Source of the DNA: Spirochaetota bacterium
GTDB lineage: Bacteria; Spirochaetota; UBA4802; UBA5550
Direction of reading: 5' to 3'
Assembly (NCBI GenBank): GCA_050298055.1
Contig: JBNKTL010000004.1
Coordinates: 1-34,212, forward strand
Length of the DNA stretch: 34,212 nucleotides
This document shows positions 9,265 through 17,098 of the stretch, piece after piece. The position numbers and the translations under genes were made by a program. The first letter of the stretch is position 1. Each line of letters starts with the position of its first letter. The notes beneath the pieces were generated by a model, which saw nothing but the letters and a program-made list of their open reading frames with translations, had not been told where the DNA came from and searched no databases.

Positions 9265-10278
9265 TCAATAAATAACAGCAAGTCCCTTCGCAATCAGCTC
9301 GTTGTTCAGGAAGTTTCCCTCTGCGGCCACACGTTCCGGATCTTCAGTTCCCGGCAGGGAGAAGAGGTCCGTGAGATACCTGTCGTACTTGTCCGATTTA
9401 TAGGTCTTCACCACCACAAAGGGAAGCTCTTTGAGTACCCTTTCAACGTAGCGTTTCGCCTTTCTCCCCTCCGGTGTGTCGAGCTCCGGGCAGTCGATCC
9501 CCCTGAGCCGGAGCTTCTGCCGGGTCCGTGTGCCAAACCCGCAGTCTATCAGGACCCGGATTGTATCGCCGTCAATGATCTTTTCCACAACGGCCCGGTA
9601 GGTATAGAGGAGTTCCGGTTTAATATGATTTGCCGGTTCGATGACGGGTGTTCTCCCCCTTCCCCCGCGGGAGATGATTTTCGTCCCCGCGAAATTGCCC
9701 GGATTTTTTACCGGGACCTCCCTCAATATCTTGAATCCGCAGTCAACAAGGATGGTGTTTTCCGGGAGAGGGTCTCCCGCGGGTCCGGGGAGAGAATATG
9801 TGTTAAGACGGCCCCGTACCGGTTCGGGGAGGTTTTCCCCGGAGGACATGTTCTGTTTTTTATTTCTAAATGTTGAGGCAAGTTTTTTCAGCTCTAGGTA
9901 ATTCAGCTTTTCGTTTATGGCCCTCTCCTCCAGGAGCTTTCTCTTCGAATCTTCCTTAATGCTGAGAAGGGTGACGTAGTTGCTCCAGTCCAATTGGCCA
10001 GATATCTGGCTTTTTTCATATGTTCTGTTGAAAAGGCGCATGTTTTTCAAATTACTGACCGAGAACCCTTTGCCGTATTTTTCTGTCAGGTCGGAAGAGA
10101 GTCGTTGAATAAGATATTCACCATATTCGCTCCGGGAAAGGTTCTTCTGTTCTACCTCCATAATATACTTTCCGATGGTCCAGTATATCATGACAAAGGC
10201 TGTCCTCGCCTTCTCGTAGATGGACGAAATATCAGAGAGGAGTTTCAGATAGTTTTCGTTATCCGTCTTTTTGTTCAT
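9265..10278 (-). CDS. DUF1016 (YhcG) N-terminal domain fused to a thermonuclease (SNase) domain
   Basis: YW.IGKYI...YG..LI.RLS.DL...YGKGFS..NL.NMR.F...LDWSNY (DUF1016_N). C-terminal IDGDT, RLRGIDCPE, DKYDRYL, LN.ELI..GLA (SNase). Start uncertain (10278, 10323 or 10419). Confidence 0.85.
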   Translation of the reverse strand: MNKKTDNENYLKLLSDISSIYEKARTAFVMIYWTIGKYIMEVEQKNLSRSEYGEYLIQRLSSDLTEKYGKGFSVSNLKNMRLFNRTYEKSQISGQLDWSNYVTLLSIKEDSKRKLLEERAINEKLNYLELKKLASTFRNKKQNMSSGENLPEPVRGRLNTYSLPGPAGDPLPENTILVDCGFKILREVPVKNPGNFAGTKIISRGGRGRTPVIEPANHIKPELLYTYRAVVEKIIDGDTIRVLIDCGFGTRTRQKLRLRGIDCPELDTPEGRKAKRYVERVLKELPFVVVKTYKSDKYDRYLTDLFSLPGTEDPERVAAEGNFLNNELIAKGLAVIY

Positions 10279-10554
10279 GATGTTATGGGGAAGAATAATT
10301 TTTTTACTGGGTGTATACTGCATCGGGGCGGTTGATATAGCAATGATTTTTTTTGTGTGATTTTTTCTCAGGCAGATGTAATAACAGGGTATAGATAACC
10401 GCGGTATCTTCCAGCTCACTGAAACAGGTTTTTCTTATTTCTCAACAAAAATATATTATTTATCTTAAAAAATAACGTCTCAATAAATTCTCTAATCTAA
10501 AATAATGTAATGATTACTTGCTCCCTCCGGGGAACGGGGTAAAACCGGTTAATG

Positions 10555-10616
10555 AAATTTTGAATGTTAAAATGAAAGAAATCGTTTTTGACCGGAAAAC
10601 TCAACATTCAAAATTT
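10555..10616. repeat. perfect 14-bp inverted repeat
   Basis: AAATTTTGAATGTT (10555-10568) and AACATTCAAAATTT (10603-10616). Confidence 0.8.
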
Positions 10617-10624
10617 AACACTTC

Positions 10625-10918
10625 TTAAACAATCCCCGCCTTTTTAAGATCTTCTTCGGAGAGCTCGGTTATGTCGATTATATCTTCCAGTGAGAATCCT
10701 TTTTCATGCATTTTGCGGGCATCTTTGAGCTTTCCTTCCAGGATTCCTTCATTTTTCCCTTTTTCAATACCCTGTTTCAATATCGTCTCTGTTAACATGC
10801 CGGTTTTTTCTCCTTTATTTATTAAATCTATTAATTCAAGTATTTCGTCATCTGTCAAATAAAAATAGTATTCAATAACATCCGTCCCGTCCTGGGAGAG
10901 ATTTTTCTTTTTTGTCAT
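10625..10918 (-). CDS. Rpn/PD-(D/E)XK putative transposase C-terminal fragment (RpnS-like)
   Basis: QGIEKGKNEGILEGKL..ARKM..KGFS.E.I..ITELS.E.L is the typical Rpn C-terminus. No nuclease N-terminal domain. May be a remnant. Confidence 0.65.
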   Translation of the reverse strand: MTKKKNLSQDGTDVIEYYFYLTDDEILELIDLINKGEKTGMLTETILKQGIEKGKNEGILEGKLKDARKMHEKGFSLEDIIDITELSEEDLKKAGIV

Positions 10919-11196
10919 TGAAGTGTTCCGTTGTAAAATAAGTGTTTTTTATTAATACGATCGGGGAGCGGAAAGCAGTGAATATTTTTATAATTTCTTA
11001 TTTTTACATTTTTATTTTATTGAAGAATGAAGAGAAGAGGATTCACTACGAAGCACGCGAAGACCACGAAGGAAGAGAAAAAAAGAGTGTAAGAAAGGAG
11101 ATAGGGGAGTAAGATATTTATTAATAAGCGCAATAAAAAATGTGATAAAAAAATCCGAGCGGGGTAAGTAATAAATCGCAGTTGACGAAAAATATC

Positions 11197-11409
11197 CTAC
11201 GATTTAGATACCTTCCCCAGTACTTTCAGGTATTTTCCCAGGTCCCCGTCTTTGGCCCTTTCTTTTAAGTAATCTTCAGTTTCAAGAGCTGATATTTTTT
11301 CGGTAACCGCACTATTAATTAATTGATTAAGGGATATCTTTTCTTTTTTTGATAACGTCTTTAATTTATTATGTAAAGAATCAGGAATTCGTATGCTTAG
11401 TGTCCCCAT
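11197..11409 (-). CDS. RHH/HicB-like antitoxin
   Basis: LSIRIPDSLH...ISLNQLI..AV.EK. Starts 5 nt after the PIN gene stop. Confidence 0.85.
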   Translation of the reverse strand: MGTLSIRIPDSLHNKLKTLSKKEKISLNQLINSAVTEKISALETEDYLKERAKDGDLGKYLKVLGKVSKS

Positions 11410-11414
11410 AATTT

Positions 11415-11837
11415 TTAACCTCTTAATTCTTGTATGAAATGGTCGGGAGTAATGACTTCTATCCCAAACTTTTTTGCTTCAATAAAATCCTTTTTATTAA
11501 ATGTAATTATATAATGTGAATTAGATGAAACAGCTAATTCTAATATATGATCATCATAAGGATCTTTCAAGATAGGTCTCCATAAATAAAATATTTTAGT
11601 ATGTTCTGATATGGAGCAAAGGTAATCCAGAAAATCGTTAATGTCATTTTTTGCAAGATGCAGATTTTTTAATTTTTTCATTAAAACAGATTCATATTCA
11701 AGAATAAGTGGAACAGAAATAACAACGGTAAACTTTTTCTTTGGAATAAGTTTTAATAATTTATAGGAATAACCTTTTTGTGACTGCAGCCCGGAAAGTA
11801 GGACATTTGAGTCAATGATGATTTTTGGATTATCCAT
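11415..11837 (-). CDS. PIN-domain TA toxin
   Basis: IIDSNVLLSGL, LILEYE, LWRP.L.DPYDDHILELAV, IITFN.KDF. ATG 11837 preferred because of promoter position. Confidence 0.88.
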   Translation of the reverse strand: MDNPKIIIDSNVLLSGLQSQKGYSYKLLKLIPKKKFTVVISVPLILEYESVLMKKLKNLHLAKNDINDFLDYLCSISEHTKIFYLWRPILKDPYDDHILELAVSSNSHYIITFNKKDFIEAKKFGIEVITPDHFIQELRG

Positions 11838-11840
11838 AAG

Positions 11841-11872
11841 TGGTATCATATGTAATACCAATAAATTGTCAA
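11841..11872 (-). promoter_or_regulatory. promoter and operator of the PIN TA operon (probably leaderless)
   Basis: TTGACA(11872-11867)-N16-TATGAT(11850-11845), then 7 nt to ATG. Inverted repeat TGGTATCA-TATG-TAATACCA at 11841-11860. Confidence 0.7.
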
Positions 11873-12020
11873 GAGGAAAAATGATTTTTTAGAATTTTTC
11901 CAACCTCGGTTGAATCGATAATATTAAGAATTCACTATAAAAAAATTTAAAACACTTCGCGCCCTTTGCGCCTTTCCGGTTTAAATAAGAGGGGTGAAGT
12001 GAGGCCGGGGAGTGAGGGTA

Positions 12021-12950
12021 TTATTGACTCTTTCCCTTCTCCCTCACAAAAGGCTTCAGCAGCAGCCGTCCCGGATTTGTCGAAAAGATGACCCCTTCAA
12101 TCCTTCCCAGAACCTGTTCTCTTTTTACCAGCCTGAAAAAGGTGTCCAGTTTCCGGTTGTCATCGGTGAGAAGCAATTCGCCTTTGGCCGGTTTTATGGT
12201 CTTCGTTCCGATTTTTCTTCCCTCAGGGGAAAAGTCCATCCTTACCGGGTATGTGAGAGGGCCGGTTGTTTCCAGGTAGAGGTCATCGAGCCGGGTAAGT
12301 CCGCTCCCGGGGACCGGTTTTTCACCGGGGATCCCTATCCGGGAGGGAATGGAGTTCAGGACAAGGGACCTGTCGCTGATCTCAACGGTATCACCTTCGG
12401 TCCCGGTTACCCGTGAGGTCTTCCGGCTGCCGTTTTCACGGTATATGATATAGTCACCCCTGCGGGGGCCCGATGTGATATATTTCTTTACAAGGACCCT
12501 GTCCCCGGGAATGAAGATGACGGAGGATTTTTCCCCGGGGAAGCTTCTTATGCTGAAAAAGGCAGTGTCTGCCGCTATCCCTGCTGTTAAGAGTGATATG
12601 TTCAGCAGGGCAAAAAGGATATATACCGGGACACTGTTCCACCGCTTCAGCTGTACGTCCCTTTTTTTGAGGGAGAAGAGAAGTGCTTCAACGGGAGAAA
12701 ACAAAAATACAAAAATATTAAAAAGCAGCACTGCTGCAAAAAAATTAATGTAGCTGTTTTCCGGCCGGGCATGAATATATGCGGGTATAATGAATTCCGA
12801 AACTGCCCGTAAGAGAAAAAGCGCAACCCCTGCGGAATACCTGCCGTTATAAACCTGCCCGAGGCCGGTTGCGGCCAGGGACAGGAAGAATGCCGCTGCC
12901 GGGTTTCTCCTGCCGGTTTTAACGCTTTTAATGATTTTCTGCCTTTTCAT
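12021..12950 (-). CDS. signal peptidase I (S26)-like membrane protein, catalytic motifs degenerate
   Basis: N-terminal NP.AA.FLS...GLGQ.YNG TM region. GDRVLVKK, RRGD, RV.G.EGD.V.I and DNR boxes present, but no SM or KR motif. Confidence 0.75.
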   Translation of the reverse strand: MKRQKIIKSVKTGRRNPAAAFFLSLAATGLGQVYNGRYSAGVALFLLRAVSEFIIPAYIHARPENSYINFFAAVLLFNIFVFLFSPVEALLFSLKKRDVQLKRWNSVPVYILFALLNISLLTAGIAADTAFFSIRSFPGEKSSVIFIPGDRVLVKKYITSGPRRGDYIIYRENGSRKTSRVTGTEGDTVEISDRSLVLNSIPSRIGIPGEKPVPGSGLTRLDDLYLETTGPLTYPVRMDFSPEGRKIGTKTIKPAKGELLLTDDNRKLDTFFRLVKREQVLGRIEGVIFSTNPGRLLLKPFVREKGKSQ

Positions 12951-12952
12951 TG

Positions 12953-13615
12953 TCAGAGGTAGGATTCAATGAATTCCTTAACGTTCTCTTTCCCCTTGAA
13001 GATCCCGAAATGTCCTTCGCAGAGGATATCGGCATTGAGTGAAAGCATATACTCAAGGGATGACAGGTAGTCCTTTCTATCGGAAAGGAGTATCCTGTTA
13101 AGGGGCCCGTGAACATCCTGGCCGAAGAGGACCAGCTGTCCGTCCGACTCCAGTGTGAGCACCGATGATCCCGGAGAGTGCCCGGGTGTATGGTGGTAGA
13201 AAATTTCCAGGTCGCCAAGGGTGAACTTTTCAACATCCGAAGTGACCTTAATATCTATATGCACCGGGTCGAAGGAAGCTCCGTACCATGATGCGGCTGT
13301 TACATCTTTATCACCGTTCTCCATATACCCGGCATCCAGTTGGTGGGCAACAACTTGCGCCCCTGTCTGCCGCACAATATCATTAATACCTCCCGTGTGG
13401 TCATAGTGGCAGTGGGTAAGGAAAATATACTTGATCGCAGAGGGGTCGCTGATATACCCGCTGATATTCTTCATCACCTTCTTTTTGCCCCTTCCCGTTC
13501 CCGCGTCAACAAGCGCCGCTTCTTTTTCGGAAGATTTTATGAGGTATATGAGGGCATCGGAACTATGGGATTCAGATGAACCTCCCACCACAAATACGTT
13601 TGATGTTATTTTCAT
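12953..13615 (-). CDS. metallo-beta-lactamase fold hydrolase
   Basis: LVDAG, THCHYDHTGG, TPGHSPGS, EGH. Confidence 0.92.
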   Translation of the reverse strand: MKITSNVFVVGGSSESHSSDALIYLIKSSEKEAALVDAGTGRGKKKVMKNISGYISDPSAIKYIFLTHCHYDHTGGINDIVRQTGAQVVAHQLDAGYMENGDKDVTAASWYGASFDPVHIDIKVTSDVEKFTLGDLEIFYHHTPGHSPGSSVLTLESDGQLVLFGQDVHGPLNRILLSDRKDYLSSLEYMLSLNADILCEGHFGIFKGKENVKEFIESYL

Positions 13616-13672
13616 AAAGTCTCTCTATTCGTTTTGCTGATAGTTAAACACATACATAACAATGAAAAGAGT

Positions 13673-13715
13673 AATGATGTGTCCCCGCCGCCGAAGGCGG
13701 CGGGGACACATCATT
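13673..13715. repeat. perfect 20-bp hairpin with GAA loop
   Basis: AATGATGTGTCCCCGCCGCC-GAA-GGCGGCGGGGACACATCATT. Confidence 0.9.
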
Positions 13716-13920
13716 TATGTCTTTTTCATTAACATGTTTAATCATATTTATTGCTGATTATTTACGGATAATATAAGTATTAACCATGTCTAAGGCAAAT
13801 TGATTTAACAAAATTCAAAAATCAACAGATTTTTAATCCTGTCACAGGGAAAAATTCTGCTTGAAAATTATGTCACATATTCTATTGTTTGTATGATACC
13901 GGTATCCTGTAGTGAATAGT

Positions 13921-14637
13921 ATGAACAAGGTTCTTAAAATAGCTCACAGGGGATATTCAGCAAGATATCCCGAAAACACCCTGCTGGCCTTTGAAAAGGC
14001 AATTGAAGCAGGGGCCCATATGATTGAGTTTGATGTTCATCTCACAAAGGACGGGTACCCTGTGGTTATTCATGACGATTTTATTCAGAGGACGTCTGAC
14101 GGTTCCGGTATGGTCAAGGAGATGGAGCTTGATGAACTCCGAAGTTTCAATTACAACTATCATTTTCCTGATGCCGGGCATCAGCATTTGCCCCTCTTTG
14201 AAGAGGTTGTGGAGCTTGCGGCGGGGAGGATTATGATGAATATTGAGATTAAGAACTGTCCCAACCGCTATATCGGGATAGAGGAAAGGATTACCGGCAT
14301 TATCGTGAAGAAAAAAGTCGTTGAAGACTGTACAGTTTCATCCTTTGACCACTATGCTCTCGCAAAGATAAAGGAGCTTGACCCGGAGATTAAAACCGGC
14401 ATGCTCTACAGCGCGGTCTGGATATGCTTTGAGGAGGAGATTCATAAACTCAAAGTCTCTTCTATTCATCCTCATGTTGAAGTGGCTGATCCGCGGCATC
14501 TTGAGTATGCCCATAAAACCGGAATAAAAGTCTATCCCTGGGTGGCGCGGGACAGCCATACTGTGAAACAACTTGTGCAGACAGGGCATGTAAACGGCAT
14601 TATGGTTGATGAGCTGGAACTCCTTGAGGGTGTGTAG
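13921..14637 (+). CDS. glycerophosphodiester phosphodiesterase (GDPD/UgpQ family)
   Basis: IAHRG, PENTLLAF, IEFDVHLTKDG.PVVIHD, NIEIK, SSFD. GTG at 13912 is an alternative start. Confidence 0.93.
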   Translation: MNKVLKIAHRGYSARYPENTLLAFEKAIEAGAHMIEFDVHLTKDGYPVVIHDDFIQRTSDGSGMVKEMELDELRSFNYNYHFPDAGHQHLPLFEEVVELAAGRIMMNIEIKNCPNRYIGIEERITGIIVKKKVVEDCTVSSFDHYALAKIKELDPEIKTGMLYSAVWICFEEEIHKLKVSSIHPHVEVADPRHLEYAHKTGIKVYPWVARDSHTVKQLVQTGHVNGIMVDELELLEGV

Positions 14638-14686
14638 CCAGTCTCTTTGATTTGAATAGATGAATTTAATTAAGCGGTAATATGAT

Positions 14687-16693
14687 ATGAAAAGCTTTAT
14701 ACCTGTAACTTTTATCATTCTTATTGTTATTGCTCCGGGCGCAGGTCTGAATCGGGCCGCAGGGAAAAATGCGGTTTCCTATAATAATGACGGCTGGGAT
14801 CATCTTAAAAGAAGTGAAAACTATAAAGCGATTTTCAGCTTCAAAAACGCCCTGCAGAAAAATCCAAAATATAAAGATGCGCTTCTGGGACTGGGAAGAG
14901 CCTATTATAACATAAACGAGTTCGAGATGTCTGTTGATCTCTTTAACAGGGTCCTGAAAATAGATGATTCTTCCCATAAAGCCCACGTGGGCATCGGGCT
15001 TGCGCTTTCAAGAATGGGGAAGTTCAGCAAGGCGCTTAATTTTCTTAACCGGGCGGTCGAGCTGTCAGAGGACAACATTGATGCTAAATACGGTATCGCT
15101 TACCTCTACTCTCTCATGAACAAACCTTCCTGGGCAAAGAGAAAACTTGCGGGAATTCTGCGGATAAATCCCTACCACTTTCATTCAATCCTGCTCATGG
15201 CCGACCTCAAGGTGGGCGACAACAGGATGAAGGAAGCAAGGGAGCTTGTTGAAAAGGCCATCAGTATTAATTCGAAGGTCCCGGACGGGTACGTTAAGCT
15301 GGGAGAGATCCTGTTCCGGGATTATATTGTTACGGAAAATGACGATTCATTAAAGGAAGCCAGGGAAGCGCTGGGAAACGCGCTCTCCATTAACCGGGAC
15401 AATTTCCCGGCAAACAGGATAATGGGAATGCTGCTTCTGGACCAGGGCAACCGGAACTCATCCGAAGATGATTACCTCGGTGCCATCAGCTACTTCCGGA
15501 AAGCAAGAAAGGGGATTGATGGGGGGAACATGCTCTATAACCTGGCCATAAGCTATGACAGGGCAGGCGATAAGAGTGCGGCCATGGAACATTTTCTTAA
15601 GGCCCTGAAAAAATCCCCCTTTGATTCAATACTCATACGAAGGTTTGAGGATTTTCTTATTATGAGAGATTATAAAATCGGTCATCCTGCCAGGATAATG
15701 CTCAACAGGGAACAGTACAGCCTGGCCCTTAACAGAATGAAAAAAAATTTCCCCGATGAAGTCATCTTCTACCTGAGAAGGGCTCTGCTTCTCAATCCCA
15801 TGAACAGGGAGGCCCGGGAGCACCTGATCAGCTACTATTCCGCCCTGGATTTCAACAGGTTTTATATTGAAGAGATAAAGGGGCTCATGAGGTTCTTCCC
15901 CGAGAGAAAGTACCGGGACAGGCTGAGTGCGGCTGTCAGCAGACGAAGGAAGAGGCTCTATCATATTGAAGGTTTCTCCTCCGATTATCCCCCACGGGAC
16001 GTTCCGCGGATTTTTGTCATGGACTTCTCCTCGGGCGGGAGAATACCGGAACACCCTGATGCGGGAAGTGTCCTGGGCAACATGGTTACATTTGCGATTG
16101 GCCAGTTCGGCAGGATGATTACCACGGGGATAAGAGAGCGGTATCCTGTTGCCCGGAACCTGAAATCAGAGGGAGATTACCTGGGATTGAGCATGGGCGA
16201 ACTCTCTGACAGGATAAAGAAGGGTGTCCTGAAACCGGTAGACCTGGTCCTCTACGGTGATTACCGGGAAAATGGAGACAGAATCAGTATCCATTGCAGG
16301 CTTATGGATTATCATAACGGCATAGTACTGGGCCGGTTTGCCGTAAGTGAATCGGGCAAGGAATCCCTCTCCCGGTTGAGCCTGAGGATAGCCAGAAAGA
16401 TTTATGATATGATACCCTACAGGGGGAGGGTCCTCAAGCTCAAGGAGAACGGTATCATTGTCAACATGGGACTCTATGACGGTGTTGAACCGGGGAAAAA
16501 GCTTGTGATCTACAAGTACAGCAATGACCCCCGGCAGCCGAAGAAGATCAGGAGGAAACTGGTATTCACGGTGAAAAAGGCCGATACGCTTATTTCCTTT
16601 GCGGAACCCGGCAAGAGCTCGGACCTGGGGGAGATTTACTCAAGCGATACTGTTTATCCCCTTAAAAAGAGAAGGGCAAAAATGATCGAGTAG
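14687..16693 (+). CDS. exported TPR-repeat protein
   Basis: Signal-peptide-like N-terminus, many TPR motifs, and a C-terminal alpha/beta plus small beta domain (INMG..DGV..G). Confidence 0.85.
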   Translation: MKSFIPVTFIILIVIAPGAGLNRAAGKNAVSYNNDGWDHLKRSENYKAIFSFKNALQKNPKYKDALLGLGRAYYNINEFEMSVDLFNRVLKIDDSSHKAHVGIGLALSRMGKFSKALNFLNRAVELSEDNIDAKYGIAYLYSLMNKPSWAKRKLAGILRINPYHFHSILLMADLKVGDNRMKEARELVEKAISINSKVPDGYVKLGEILFRDYIVTENDDSLKEAREALGNALSINRDNFPANRIMGMLLLDQGNRNSSEDDYLGAISYFRKARKGIDGGNMLYNLAISYDRAGDKSAAMEHFLKALKKSPFDSILIRRFEDFLIMRDYKIGHPARIMLNREQYSLALNRMKKNFPDEVIFYLRRALLLNPMNREAREHLISYYSALDFNRFYIEEIKGLMRFFPERKYRDRLSAAVSRRRKRLYHIEGFSSDYPPRDVPRIFVMDFSSGGRIPEHPDAGSVLGNMVTFAIGQFGRMITTGIRERYPVARNLKSEGDYLGLSMGELSDRIKKGVLKPVDLVLYGDYRENGDRISIHCRLMDYHNGIVLGRFAVSESGKESLSRLSLRIARKIYDMIPYRGRVLKLKENGIIVNMGLYDGVEPGKKLVIYKYSNDPRQPKKIRRKLVFTVKKADTLISFAEPGKSSDLGEIYSSDTVYPLKKRRAKMIE

Positions 16694-16696
16694 AGA

Positions 16697-16966
16697 TTAC
16701 CTGAAGGTGTAGTGTTTTTTTACCGGCTCCTTTACTTCCCACCTGCAGGAGAGCCCTTTGGGAAATGTAACGTAATCCCCTTTCCCGAACTCAACCTCTT
16801 CGCCGTCTTCGGTTTTAACCGTAACTTTTCCTTCCAGGAGATAACACTCCTCTGTGCTGTCATAGTGCCAGTCAAACTCCGATACTTCTTTTTCCCATAT
16901 GGGCCAGCTCATGACGCCATTTGATTCAAGCTCTGATTTTTCCGGTTTTTCCACTTTGATTTTCAT
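16697..16966 (-). CDS. cupin domain protein (DUF861/EutQ-like)
   Basis: WPIW.KE.S.F.W.Y...E.CY.LEG.V.V...GD.V.FPKG..C.W. AAGGAG RBS. Confidence 0.9.
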   Translation of the reverse strand: MKIKVEKPEKSELESNGVMSWPIWEKEVSEFDWHYDSTEECYLLEGKVTVKTEDGEEVEFGKGDYVTFPKGLSCRWEVKEPVKKHYTFR

Positions 16967-17029
16967 GGGATTTTCTCCTTTTCTGTTTTTCCCTCAGTAT
17001 TTTTTTGTTCCCATATCTTCCCTGCTTAT

Positions 17030-17097
17030 CCCCATCCCCCGGAGGGGCGTAAGATTTTTTCCCCGAACTTTCTTATGCCCCCTCCGGGGGTTAGGGG
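17030..17097. repeat. GC-rich palindromic repeat element, intact copy 2
   Basis: CCCCCGGAGGGGCGTAAGA ... TCTTATGCCCCCTCCGGGGG near-perfect stem. Left arm shared with 9109-9138. Confidence 0.8.
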
Positions 17098-17098
17098 G

